Assembly: GCA_022703585.1 (NCBI GenBank)
Contig: JAKLDJ010000003.1
Location: 14,250-78,249 of the forward strand
From: Candidatus Omnitrophota bacterium
GTDB taxonomy: Bacteria; Omnitrophota; Gorgyraeia; Zapsychrales; JAKLDJ01
Direction: 5' to 3'
DNA: 64,000 nucleotides
The first letter of the stretch is position 1. Each line of letters opens with the position of its first letter. Of the stretch, positions 17,519 to 27,621 are shown piece after piece. The notes below the pieces were generated by a model. That model worked only from the letters and a program-made list of their open reading frames with translations, was not told the DNA's origin and made no database searches. Position numbers and translations under genes: made by a program.

Positions 17519-18782
17519 TCTTTACTTCCTGCCCATTTCTTTCTTTTTCATTCTCCTGGTCAGCCTCTTTATCTATGCCTTTAAATTCAATCCGCATTTT
17601 TTCCTTATCTTAGGGTTGTCTCAAATTATTATTCTTTTCTTTTTATTCCGTTTTCGACAGTATCTGGTCAATTTCCAGGGGGAGATCGAATTGAAACAGC
17701 AGGATTGCGCCGAAAAGGCCAATCTCCTGCAATCCGGGGCGGAAAACGAGCGGCTTGTCCTGGAATCCTACCGCAAGAAAATCATCAGCTATTCGCATCT
17801 TAAGAATTTAACCGAAGATTTAAGCATGTGCCTTTCCCAGGAAGATACCTCGAACACTCTTTCCGAGGAGGTCAACCGGTTATTCGGGGATGAAGATGTT
17901 ACGACGATCCTGTATCTCTTTCATTCTAAGACGGGAGAGCTGGGTTTGACTGCTTCTCAAAAAGGGCAGATGCAGATCAATTTGAAATCCAAAAAAGGGG
18001 ATGTCTTCGATGAATGGGTGGTCAGGGCCCTGCAGCCATTGATTATCGAGGATACTAAAACAGACTTTCGTTTTGATGCCGAAAAGATTAATGCCGAAGA
18101 AGTGCGAGTCGTCCGTTCTCTTATCAGTGTTCCTTTGATGATTGGCAATAAGGCCCTGGGGATTCTGCGTGTCGACAGCCCTAAGCCCAACCATTTTATA
18201 ACCGAAGACTTAAGGTTTCTTACTACCGTTGGAGACCTGGGGGCCGTGGCCATTGAGAATGCGCAGCTCTACGAGCGGGTTGAAGAACTCGCCATACGCG
18301 ACGGCCTAACCGGACTTTACCTCAGGCGGCATTTTCTCGAACGGATGGCGGAGGAGGTTAGTAGGGAATTCCGGAAAAAGAAGGAGTTGTCGTTCTTGAT
18401 GATTGACCTGGATAAATTTAAACAGTATAACGACCAGTTTGGGCACATCGCCGGCGATATTGTTCTTAAAACAGTGGGGATGATTCTGCTGGAGACTTTT
18501 CGTGACCCGGGAAATTTGATTTGTCGTTTCGGAGGGGAAGAGTTTGGCGTGCTTTTGCCGGATTGCCCCAAGGAGGAGGCTGTTAAATTGGCCGAGGACT
18601 TAAGAAAGAGAATCGCCAAGCAGGAAATTATTTTACGCCGTGAAAAAACCCGCATTACGGTTTCTGTCGGAGTGGCTGCCTTTCCTACGGATGCCCAGAC
18701 GCGGGAAGATTTAATTCAAAAGGCGGATCGTGCGCTCTATAAAGCAAAAAGCGAAGGAAGAAACAAAGTATGTTTTGACTAG
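17487..18782 (+). CDS. Membrane-anchored GAF-GGDEF diguanylate cyclase (TTG start as called overlaps upstream gene; true start probably downstream)
   Basis: GGEEF active-site motif (CRFGGEEFGVLL); N-terminal TM helices. Confidence 0.75.
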   Translation: MIKIPKKRSSNLYFLPISFFFILLVSLFIYAFKFNPHFFLILGLSQIIILFFLFRFRQYLVNFQGEIELKQQDCAEKANLLQSGAENERLVLESYRKKIISYSHLKNLTEDLSMCLSQEDTSNTLSEEVNRLFGDEDVTTILYLFHSKTGELGLTASQKGQMQINLKSKKGDVFDEWVVRALQPLIIEDTKTDFRFDAEKINAEEVRVVRSLISVPLMIGNKALGILRVDSPKPNHFITEDLRFLTTVGDLGAVAIENAQLYERVEELAIRDGLTGLYLRRHFLERMAEEVSREFRKKKELSFLMIDLDKFKQYNDQFGHIAGDIVLKTVGMILLETFRDPGNLICRFGGEEFGVLLPDCPKEEAVKLAEDLRKRIAKQEIILRREKTRITVSVGVAAFPTDAQTREDLIQKADRALYKAKSEGRNKVCFD

Positions 18783-18796
18783 CCGTTTTAGCTGAC

Positions 18797-19783
18797 GTGT
18801 TATTGGTGGCCGTTGTTTTTTATTCGGCCAAGAAATTCGTGGGAGAACGCCAGGCGCGCCTTCTTAAGAAAGTTGATTATGCGCAGGCGGGCTGTGAAGC
18901 GCTTATCCGGCAGAAAGAAAAAATTACCTTAGAGAAGATGGCGCTCGAAAGACAGGCCAAGGAAATTTTTATCCTTTATGAAATGACCAAGGAGATTACG
19001 AAGAAGGCCAGCGAGCAAGAGGCCTTTGAGGCGTTTAAGGAGAAACTAAAGGAAAATGTTACCTATCGCACCTGCCGGTTTATCGGAGTTTCTTCGGATG
19101 AGCTTAAGGAATTCGAGAATTCAAAATCCCATTTTATTTTCCTGCTTAAAAGCAAGAAAGAAAGGCTTGGCTATCTTGTGCTTGAGGGGTTGTCCGAGCG
19201 GGACGTAGAAAAGGTCTCTATCCTGGGGAATCAATTTGCGCTGGCATTGCGCCGGGTCAAGCTCTATGAGGAGATTGAGGAGCTAGCGATTACCGATAGC
19301 CTTACCGGGGTCCACACACGCCGCTATCTTTTGCGCCGGCTGGAAGAAGAATTGAAGCGTTCGGAAAGCCGCGATATTGACCTGTCGGTATTGATGGCCG
19401 ATGTTGATCATTTCAAGAATTTTAACGATCGATACGGCCATCTGGTGGGGGATCAGATACTTCGGTTTATCGGAGAGCTCATCAGAGAAAATATTCGCGA
19501 AATTGATATTGTCGGACGCTACGGGGGCGAAGAGTTTTGTGTTATCCTCCCCGATACTGACCGCGACGGGGCCAATTTTGCCGCCGAGCGTATCCGTTCG
19601 GCCATAGAAAAGACACCGGTTAAGGCGTATGATATTACTTTGCATGTGACAATCAGTATCGGCGTCTCGGTCTTTCCGGGTGACGGCAAGAACTTAGAGG
19701 AAGTCATCGACAAGGCCGATTGGGCCCTTTATCGGGCAAAGAAAAAGGGGCGCAATTGCGTTTGTTCTTTCGGTGTTTATTAA
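18797..19783 (+). CDS. GGDEF diguanylate cyclase with N-terminal GAF-like sensor
   Basis: GRYGGEEFCVILP motif. Paralogous to the preceding gene. Confidence 0.8.
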   Translation: MLLVAVVFYSAKKFVGERQARLLKKVDYAQAGCEALIRQKEKITLEKMALERQAKEIFILYEMTKEITKKASEQEAFEAFKEKLKENVTYRTCRFIGVSSDELKEFENSKSHFIFLLKSKKERLGYLVLEGLSERDVEKVSILGNQFALALRRVKLYEEIEELAITDSLTGVHTRRYLLRRLEEELKRSESRDIDLSVLMADVDHFKNFNDRYGHLVGDQILRFIGELIRENIREIDIVGRYGGEEFCVILPDTDRDGANFAAERIRSAIEKTPVKAYDITLHVTISIGVSVFPGDGKNLEEVIDKADWALYRAKKKGRNCVCSFGVY

Positions 19784-19917
19784 TATTATTACAAAAATAA
19801 ATATATCTTAATAAATCTCCCCTCTTTAAAAGCCCCCAAACGGTCAAATTTTTATTCCCAAATAGCTACACAAAGTCTTGAATGACTTCTGCTTTTAATG
19901 TAAAATAAACCAAAATT

Positions 19918-20844
19918 ATGAGAAAATCAGTTTTAGCCATAGATGTCGGTGGGACAAATATAAAGCTGGGTTTGGTGAGCCCTTCCGGTCACATTCTTTC
20001 CCGAACTAATTTACCCACAACAAGTTTTATCCGAAGAAAAGAAAATCTCATCGGGGCGGTTGTATCCGCAAGCCGCAGGATTATCGCCGAAAACCGGCTA
20101 AACAACAAGGATGTTTTAGGGATCGGTATCGGTTTGCCCGGATTGGTGGATGCGCGTCACGGCACAGTTGAAGTTTTAACCAATATCCCCGGCTGGAAGA
20201 ATGTCCCTTTAAAAAAGATTATTGAATCAAGGCTCAAGATTCCCGCCTTTGTAGATAATGACGCCAACGTCGTCACCTTAGGCGAATGGAGATTTGGGGC
20301 GGGCCACGGCTTTAAAAACATGATTTGTATTACGCTCGGAACCGGTGTGGGCGGGGGCCTGGTTATTGATAACACCCTTTATCGGGGGGAAGGATTTAGC
20401 GCCGGCGAGATCGGCCATATTCCGCTCAATGAGACGGGCTTAAAGTGTAACTGCGGCGGATACGGATGTTTAGAAACGTATATTGGTAATCAGCGGCTTT
20501 TAAAAAGAGCAAGAATTGTTTTTAAGGACAATGATATTTCATTGGAAGAAATATCCAGGTTAGCCTCCCGCAAAAACAGAATAGCGCTCCGGTTTTGGAA
20601 AGAGGTTGCGGTTCATTTAGGCAACGGTCTAGCCGGTGTTGTCAACCTGCTTAATCCGCGCTGTATTGTTATCGGCGGCGGGATTTCTAATGCCCATCAG
20701 TACCTGTTTAAAACAATCCGCGAAACGCTTTTACAGCGTGCCTTAAGAACTCCTGCGGGGATGGTAAAAATTGTTAAAGCAAAATTAGGCAGCGATGCCG
20801 GTCTTATCGGAGCACAGGTTTTAGTTCACGATGCCCTATTATAG
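19918..20844 (+). CDS. ROK family sugar kinase (glucokinase-like)
   Basis: LAIDVGGTNIKLGLV plus ROK zinc motif CNCGGYGCLETY. Confidence 0.85.
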   Translation: MRKSVLAIDVGGTNIKLGLVSPSGHILSRTNLPTTSFIRRKENLIGAVVSASRRIIAENRLNNKDVLGIGIGLPGLVDARHGTVEVLTNIPGWKNVPLKKIIESRLKIPAFVDNDANVVTLGEWRFGAGHGFKNMICITLGTGVGGGLVIDNTLYRGEGFSAGEIGHIPLNETGLKCNCGGYGCLETYIGNQRLLKRARIVFKDNDISLEEISRLASRKNRIALRFWKEVAVHLGNGLAGVVNLLNPRCIVIGGGISNAHQYLFKTIRETLLQRALRTPAGMVKIVKAKLGSDAGLIGAQVLVHDALL

Positions 20845-23020
20845 AAATAGTTTTTATTATTCTCGTCAAAGATGGCTGATCCTTTCGGCCGCCTGTATCG
20901 TCATCCTTGCCTTGGCATGCCCGGCGCGTGTTTGCGTTGCTCAAATGGAGATGCCGGATCTTTCCAAAACGGATCTCGAATCGGATAGCGCCGGCCCGGT
21001 GGAACTTAATGGCGATCAAATGGAGTTTGTCCGGGAAAGCAATACCGTGATTGCCAAGGGCCACGTTGTTATTACCCGGGGAAAAACAAAATTAACCTGT
21101 GACCGGGTCGAATTTTCCCGCGATAGCAAGACAGCTATTGCGGAAGGAAATGTCATCTTAAGTTCTCCCCAAGGGAGGATAGCGGGCGAGGCCTTGACTT
21201 TTGATTTCGGGAAAATGCAGGGAAGTTTCGCCGGGGCAAAAATAAATTTTAGCCCCTATTATGGCGCGGGAAAATCTGTGGCAAAAATCGCCGATAATCA
21301 TATACAGATGAAAGAAGGGTATATGACGACCTGCGATTTGGATAAGCCGCATTTTAAAATGCATACCAAGAAAATCGATATTTATCCCAAAGACAAGGTT
21401 GTCGCGAATAATGTCAAAATGTTTGTCGGCAAAGTGCCGGTTATCTATATCCCCAAATATACGCAGCGCCTGGACGATAAAAGGCCGCGGGTGATTTATA
21501 CTCCGGGCTATGATAAAGAATGGGGTGCTTTCTTACTGACCCAGTGGCGCTATTATTTGACCGAGAACGTTAAGGGGACAATCCATTTGGATTATCGCGA
21601 CCGCAAAGGGTTTGCCCCGGGGCTTGATTTGAAATACGAGACTCCTAAAATGGGCGAGGGTATTGTGCGTCTTTATTATATGAATGAATTAAATGTCCAG
21701 CGAAAATATTTTTGGGAAGATAAAGAAGGCAAGACGCGGTATGCTGAGCGGTATAAGGGAGAATGGCGGCATAAATGGGCTGTCGACCAAACGACCGATG
21801 TCACCTGGCAATATTACAAGCTGAGCGATGCTTCTTTTCTTAAGGATTACTATAAGCGTGAATACGAAAAAGATTCCAATCCGCCGACGTATTTTTTGTT
21901 AACCAAGACCATTCCCAGCGGAACCTTAAGCTTTCGCACCGATGCCCGGGTTAATCATTTTGTCACGGCAACGGAGCGCCTGCCGCAAATCCGCTATGAT
22001 ATGACCAACCAGAAAATAGGCGACACGGGATTTTATTTTAGAAGTGCCAACGAGTTTGTGAATTTGGCCAACAAATATCCCTCGCCAACAGAGGTAAGGC
22101 AAGAGACAAAGCGCCTGGATTCGGACAGCCGCCTGTCCTACCCGCTTAAAATTTCGTTTATCGAGATGACCCCTTTTGTCGGAGGACGGCAGACCTATTA
22201 CAGCAAGACCAATGACCGCTCCCGGTACCATATTCTTCGGGGGATATTTACAACCGGCGCTGACTTGAGCACAAAGTTCTTTAAAATATACGACACCAAA
22301 GGGGATATCTGGGGGATAGAGGTCAACCGTTTGCGGCATATTATTACGCCGTCTGTCGCCTACCAATATACTCATACGCCAACGGTTCCCGCCACCTCTC
22401 TGGATTATTTTGATTCCGTGGACACCCTGACGAGATCCCACACTATCCTGTTCTCGCTCGAAAATAAGCTACAAACAAAGCGGAAAGATGCCACGGTCGA
22501 TTTGCTCAGGGCTGTTGTTGACACAACCTTGCGCCTGAAAGAAGACGCCGGTAAAGGGGGGTTTGACCATTATCGCTCGGATATACAGTTTAAACCGGCT
22601 GATTGGCTCACCTTTAATTCCGATTCGGATTATGACGTTCACGAAGAAAAGCTGTCTTCGGCAAATTTTGAAATTTATCTCAATGACGGGGATAAATGGT
22701 CCCTGGCATTCGGTAAACGCTACACCATCGATGTCGACGATCAAATAACCACAGAGTTTAATTACAAAATTAATCCAAAATGGAAATTTAAGTCATACGG
22801 CAGATTTGATATCAATCACGGGCTGCTTAAGGAGCAGGAATTCATGGTCACCCGGGATCTGCATTGTTGGGAAATGGATATTGCTTATAACGAAACCCGC
22901 GGCGCGGGCAGCGAGATCTGGCTGGTTTTCCGGCTCAAGGCGTTTCCGGATATGGTCCTTGATTTTAGCAATAGTTTCCATAAGCGGAAAGCGGGTTCGC
23001 AAAGTTCGGAAGGGCAATAA
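20831..23020 (+). CDS. lptD: LPS-assembly protein LptD (OstA family)
   Basis: N-terminal OstA/LptA-like jellyroll and a long C-terminal beta-barrel with the typical C-terminal region (DLHCWEMDIAYNETRG...). Confidence 0.8.
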   Translation: MPYYRNSFYYSRQRWLILSAACIVILALACPARVCVAQMEMPDLSKTDLESDSAGPVELNGDQMEFVRESNTVIAKGHVVITRGKTKLTCDRVEFSRDSKTAIAEGNVILSSPQGRIAGEALTFDFGKMQGSFAGAKINFSPYYGAGKSVAKIADNHIQMKEGYMTTCDLDKPHFKMHTKKIDIYPKDKVVANNVKMFVGKVPVIYIPKYTQRLDDKRPRVIYTPGYDKEWGAFLLTQWRYYLTENVKGTIHLDYRDRKGFAPGLDLKYETPKMGEGIVRLYYMNELNVQRKYFWEDKEGKTRYAERYKGEWRHKWAVDQTTDVTWQYYKLSDASFLKDYYKREYEKDSNPPTYFLLTKTIPSGTLSFRTDARVNHFVTATERLPQIRYDMTNQKIGDTGFYFRSANEFVNLANKYPSPTEVRQETKRLDSDSRLSYPLKISFIEMTPFVGGRQTYYSKTNDRSRYHILRGIFTTGADLSTKFFKIYDTKGDIWGIEVNRLRHIITPSVAYQYTHTPTVPATSLDYFDSVDTLTRSHTILFSLENKLQTKRKDATVDLLRAVVDTTLRLKEDAGKGGFDHYRSDIQFKPADWLTFNSDSDYDVHEEKLSSANFEIYLNDGDKWSLAFGKRYTIDVDDQITTEFNYKINPKWKFKSYGRFDINHGLLKEQEFMVTRDLHCWEMDIAYNETRGAGSEIWLVFRLKAFPDMVLDFSNSFHKRKAGSQSSEGQ

Positions 23021-23102
23021 AAAGAAATTTCTTGTAGTGTAGTGTGCGATCGTTTGAGATTTTTTTGAGAATGATAAAATAAAATTAAGAGGGAGACAGA
23101 CG

Positions 23103-24428
23103 GTGAATATTGCTATTGTCGGTTCGGGATACGTAGGGCTGGTGACGGGGGTTTGCCTGGCGCAAATCGGGCACAGGGTCATTTGCGTGGATAATGATCC
23201 GGAAAAAATTAAAAAACTAAAGAAGCTGCAGATACCGATTTTTGAACCCGGTTTAAAAGAAATGCTGCGCCGTAACGTTAAACAAAAGAGGCTTTTCTTT
23301 ACCGACTCAATCAGGGAAGCGGCAAAAAAGTCGATGGTGATATTTATCGCGGTCGGAACTCCGCCAAAAGAAAGCGGCGAGGCCGATCTGATTTATGTCG
23401 AAAACGTCTCGCGGGAAATTGCCGCGGGGATGGATTCTTATAAATTGATTGTGGAAAAATCGACCGTTCCCGCCGCGACAGGGCAGAGGATTACGCAGAC
23501 TATTCGGATGAATCTGCCTAAGAAGTATAAAGAAAACAGCAAAAACGTGATGAATTTTGACGTAGCCTCTAACCCCGAATTCTTAAGGGAAGGTTCGGCA
23601 ATCAAAGATTTTATGCACCCCGACAGGATCGTGATTGGGGTTCAGTCCAAACGGGCCGAAGGCCTGCTCAAAGAAATTTACAAGCCGTTAAAGGCTAACG
23701 TTGTCGTTACGGACATGAATTCGGCGGAGTTGATCAAACATGCCTCTAATGCCTTTTTGGCTACCAAGATATCTTTTGCCAATGCCCTAAGCCAGATCTG
23801 CGGCCGCGTGGGGGCGGATATTCTTCAGGTAACAGAAGGGATGGGCCTCGACCGGCGCATCGGCAAGGATTTCTTGAATGCAGGTATCGGCTATGGCGGT
23901 AGTTGTTTTCCTAAGGACGTGGCGGCTTTTATTCACTTAAGCGAAAAGAGCGGCTATGATTTTTCTCTTCTCAAGGAAGTGCATAATATTAACGAATACC
24001 AAAAATTGTCATTTATTAAACTCATCGAAGACAAATTATGGATTTTAAAGAATAAGACTATCGGTGTTTGGGGGTTGTCGTTTAAGCCTCAAACCGATGA
24101 CATGCGTAACGCCCCCACGGTCGATATTATTAACGCGCTCGAAAACGAGGGCGCTAAAATAAAGGCCTATGACCCGCAGGCAATGTCCAAGGCAAAGCAA
24201 TCTTTAAAGAAGGTGATTTTCTGTAAAGATGCGTATGCGGCTGTGCGGGGGTGCGATTGCCTGCTTTTGTTGACCGAATGGGATGAATTTAAGAACGCGG
24301 ATTTTAAGAGAGTTAAACGGCTTATGCGCCATGCGATGATCTTCGACGGAAGAAATCTGCTTAATCGCGAGACTATTGCCAAGTTGGGCTTTGAATATTT
24401 TGGGGTTGGCCGCGGTAAAGTTTTGTAA
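23103..24428 (+). CDS. ugd: UDP-glucose 6-dehydrogenase (GTG start)
   Basis: MNIAIVGSGYVGLVTGVCLA Rossmann motif and catalytic GGSCFPKD. Confidence 0.85.
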   Translation: MNIAIVGSGYVGLVTGVCLAQIGHRVICVDNDPEKIKKLKKLQIPIFEPGLKEMLRRNVKQKRLFFTDSIREAAKKSMVIFIAVGTPPKESGEADLIYVENVSREIAAGMDSYKLIVEKSTVPAATGQRITQTIRMNLPKKYKENSKNVMNFDVASNPEFLREGSAIKDFMHPDRIVIGVQSKRAEGLLKEIYKPLKANVVVTDMNSAELIKHASNAFLATKISFANALSQICGRVGADILQVTEGMGLDRRIGKDFLNAGIGYGGSCFPKDVAAFIHLSEKSGYDFSLLKEVHNINEYQKLSFIKLIEDKLWILKNKTIGVWGLSFKPQTDDMRNAPTVDIINALENEGAKIKAYDPQAMSKAKQSLKKVIFCKDAYAAVRGCDCLLLLTEWDEFKNADFKRVKRLMRHAMIFDGRNLLNRETIAKLGFEYFGVGRGKVL

Positions 24429-24482
24429 GTTTTAAAAAATTGATTTTAGTTTCTTTATTTTCCTCAAGGACGGGGGAGAAGC

Positions 24483-25223
24483 ATGAAAGGTGTTATTCTA
24501 GCCGGTGGCATGGGAAAACGTTTGGAGCCGTTAACGCGGATTACCAATAAACATCTTTTACCGGTCTACAACCGGCCGATGATTTATTACCCTATTCAGA
24601 CGCTCATTGAGGCCGGGGTTAGAAATATCTTGATTGTTACCGGGGGCAATAATGCCGGTGATTTCTTAAAGCTGTTGGGTAACGGAGAAGATTTCGGCAT
24701 TAAGGGAATCCAGTATGCGTATCAGCAAGGGGAAAATGGTATTGCCGATGCCTTAAGATTGGCGGAGCATTTTGCCGGGCACGATAAGATTATAGTTATT
24801 TTAGGCGATAATGTTTTGGACAGTCCGATTAAAAGTTTTGTCGATGAATTTAGGCGGCAAAAGAATGGCGCGCGGATTTTGATAAAAAAGGTTCCGGACC
24901 CTGAGCGATTCGGCGTGGTAAAGTTTAAGGGAGAAAAGATTGTTTCCATTATTGAGAAGCCCAAGGTTCCGCCGTCAGAATATGCCGTGACCGGGATTTA
25001 TATGTACGACAAGACTGTTTTTGAATTTATCAAGAAGCTCAAGCCTTCGCGGCGGGGAGAGCTGGAAATTACCGATGTGAACAATATGTATTTAAGGAAG
25101 AAACAGCTTTCTTACAATGTGCTCGAAGGAAATTGGACAGATTGCGGGACGTTTCACTCGCTGTACCGGGCCAATCGGGTTATGGCTATGAAATATGCAA
25201 AAAATAGAACTCACGATAAATAA
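24483..25223 (+). CDS. Sugar-1-phosphate nucleotidyltransferase (short RmlA-like form)
   Basis: MKGVILAGGMGKRLEPLTRITNKHLLPV signature. Confidence 0.75.
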   Translation: MKGVILAGGMGKRLEPLTRITNKHLLPVYNRPMIYYPIQTLIEAGVRNILIVTGGNNAGDFLKLLGNGEDFGIKGIQYAYQQGENGIADALRLAEHFAGHDKIIVILGDNVLDSPIKSFVDEFRRQKNGARILIKKVPDPERFGVVKFKGEKIVSIIEKPKVPPSEYAVTGIYMYDKTVFEFIKKLKPSRRGELEITDVNNMYLRKKQLSYNVLEGNWTDCGTFHSLYRANRVMAMKYAKNRTHDK

Positions 25224-25256
25224 CGTCGGGACAATAAACAAAATAGGATTGGTTTT

Positions 25257-26558
25257 ATGCCGGAAATTTTAAGAAAAAAGATCGTTTCAAAGAACGCAAA
25301 GATTGCCGTTATCGGCTTAGGTTACGTCGGGCTTCCTTTGGCGGTTAGCTTTGCCAAGGTGGGGTTTAAGGTTTTCGGCCTGGACAAAGACCGTGACCGT
25401 GTCGAACGGCTTAAAAAGAAGCAAAGTTATATTCTCGATGTGGATTCAAAGGAGATTGCGCGCCTGGTCAAAAGCCGCCGTCTTGAGGCCTCGACCGATT
25501 TCAACCTTTTGCGCGGAGCCGATGTTATCCTGATCTGCGTTCCGACTCCCTTAAAGGGAAAATACACGCCGGACATCTCTTTTATTCTTAGCGCTGTCCG
25601 TACGACCCAGAAATTCATAAAAAAAGGCACGTTGGTTGTTTTAGAGAGTACAACCTATCCCGGCACGACACGCGAACTGGTTAAGCCCGAACTGGAAAAA
25701 AGCGGCTTAAAAAGCGAAAAAGATTTTTATCTGGCTTTTTCTCCGGAGCGCATCGATCCCGGCAATAAGAATTATAGCGTCACAAAGATTTCCAAGGTCG
25801 TCGGGGGCTTAAGCGTGCACTCGAGTGAATTGACCAGGATACTTTACGAAAAGATCATCAAGAAAGTTCACGTTGTTTCATCGGCCGAGGCCGCGGAAAT
25901 GACGAAGTTGTTGGAAAATTCTTTTCGTATCATCAATATCGGGTGGATTAACGAGATAGCCATGATGTGCCACAAGCTTAAAATCAACGTCTGGGAAGTG
26001 ATTGAGGCTGCCAAGACCAAGCCCTTTGGGTTTATGCCTTTCTTTCCCGGCTTGGGAGTGGGGGGCCATTGCATACCGGAAGATCCCCTGTACCTTTATT
26101 GGAAGGCGAAATTGCACGGCTTTAACTCTAAATTCATTAAACTCGCGGCGGATATCAACTCCAATATGCCCCAATATGTTATTGACCGCCTGGAGGCTGT
26201 CTTAAGAAAGAACCACAAGGCGCTTAAAAATGCAAGGATGCTTGTTATCGGCGTTACCTACAAGAAAGATGTGAAAGATTTAAGAAAATCACCTTCCTTA
26301 AAATTGATAGAGCTTCTTAAGGGCACTCGGTGCAAGGTTGACTATTTTGATCCTTTAATTCCGTATCTGAATATCGGGGTTTTGCACATGAACTCAATGA
26401 AACTGACCCAGGCAAATTTATCTCGTTATGACTGCGTAGTCATTGCGACAGACCACAGCAGTATTGATTACGCATTTTTGCTTAAATACTCAAAAGTCAT
26501 TTTTGATACGCGCAACGTTTATCGGGGCGCTAAAAGCAATAAAGTCGTAAGATTGTAA
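25257..26558 (+). CDS. Nucleotide-sugar dehydrogenase (UDP-GlcNAc/ManNAc 6-dehydrogenase-like, WbpA/WecC family)
   Basis: KIAVIGLGYVGLPLAVSFA Rossmann motif and catalytic Cys region GGHCIPEDP. Confidence 0.8.
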   Translation: MPEILRKKIVSKNAKIAVIGLGYVGLPLAVSFAKVGFKVFGLDKDRDRVERLKKKQSYILDVDSKEIARLVKSRRLEASTDFNLLRGADVILICVPTPLKGKYTPDISFILSAVRTTQKFIKKGTLVVLESTTYPGTTRELVKPELEKSGLKSEKDFYLAFSPERIDPGNKNYSVTKISKVVGGLSVHSSELTRILYEKIIKKVHVVSSAEAAEMTKLLENSFRIINIGWINEIAMMCHKLKINVWEVIEAAKTKPFGFMPFFPGLGVGGHCIPEDPLYLYWKAKLHGFNSKFIKLAADINSNMPQYVIDRLEAVLRKNHKALKNARMLVIGVTYKKDVKDLRKSPSLKLIELLKGTRCKVDYFDPLIPYLNIGVLHMNSMKLTQANLSRYDCVVIATDHSSIDYAFLLKYSKVIFDTRNVYRGAKSNKVVRL

Positions 26559-26601
26559 TTCTTTCTAACAAAAGATCGTAGAGATTAAAGAGAGGGCATC
26601 T

Positions 26602-27546
26602 ATGTCGAGAAACAAGAAAACAATTCTCATAACCGGCGGGGCCGGTTTTGTCGGGAGCCATCTATGTGACCGGTTTTTTAATGACGGGTTTAAGGTTATT
26701 TGTGTCGATAATCTGATTACGGGTAATAAAGCCAACATCATTCATCTTTTGGGAAGGCCGGGATTTCAATTCATCAAACAGAATGTCTCAAACGGAATTG
26801 ATGCTCCCGGCGGCATTGATTATGTCCTGCATTTTGCGTCGCCGGCCAGCCCGGTTGACTACATCAATCTTCCTATTCCCACGTTAAAGGTAGGTGCCTT
26901 GGGTACTCACAAAGCCTTAGGGGTAGCCAAGAAGAATAAGGCAACTTTCCTCCTGGCTTCTACTTCCGAGGTTTACGGCGACCCTCTGGAACATCCGCAA
27001 AAAGAGACCTACTGGGGGCATGTGAACCCCGTGGGCCCGCGCAGTGTCTATGATGAGGCCAAGCGTTTTGCCGAGGCCCTGACCATGGCCTATCGCCGGG
27101 TTCATAAAATAAACACCAAGATCATAAGGATCTTTAACACCTACGGGCCTCGCATGCGTATCAAAGACGGGCGGGTGGTGCCTAATTTTATCGACCAGGT
27201 GATGCATAATAAACCCCTAACAGTTTACGGAGACGGTAAGCAGACGCGGTCGTTTTGTTATGTCTCGGATATGGTTGATGGAATTGTCCGGTTATTATTT
27301 TCAAATTGCTCAACGCCGGTTAATATCGGTAACCCTAAAGAGTTTACTATCCTCGAGCTGGCAAAGCTCATCACCCAATTGACCGGTAAAAAGGTAGGGA
27401 TTGTTTATAAGCCCTTGCCCGTCGATGACCCCAAGCAAAGGCGGCCGGATATTACTCTCGCCAAAACAAAATTACGCTGGACGCCTAAAGTAGAATTAAA
27501 AGAGGGTTTAAGCCAGACGCTGCGTTGGTTTATGGAAAACGCGTAG
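26602..27546 (+). CDS. uxs: UDP-glucuronate decarboxylase (UDP-xylose synthase)
   Basis: [18 protein letters not shown]...[10 protein letters not shown] and [11 protein letters not shown] (YxxxK); length 314 aa. Confidence 0.75.
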   Translation: MSRNKKTILITGGAGFVGSHLCDRFFNDGFKVICVDNLITGNKANIIHLLGRPGFQFIKQNVSNGIDAPGGIDYVLHFASPASPVDYINLPIPTLKVGALGTHKALGVAKKNKATFLLASTSEVYGDPLEHPQKETYWGHVNPVGPRSVYDEAKRFAEALTMAYRRVHKINTKIIRIFNTYGPRMRIKDGRVVPNFIDQVMHNKPLTVYGDGKQTRSFCYVSDMVDGIVRLLFSNCSTPVNIGNPKEFTILELAKLITQLTGKKVGIVYKPLPVDDPKQRRPDITLAKTKLRWTPKVELKEGLSQTLRWFMENA

Positions 27547-27621
27547 CTTAAAGGCCGGATCCCCTCAGGTATCTTTACGGTTTCGTAAGCAATCCGTAAA
27601 ATATCCTCGATATTTTTCCCT

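Noticed and set aside
21926-22441. 171-aa minus-strand ORF inside lptD
   Set aside because: Antisense shadow ORF within the LptD beta-barrel coding region.
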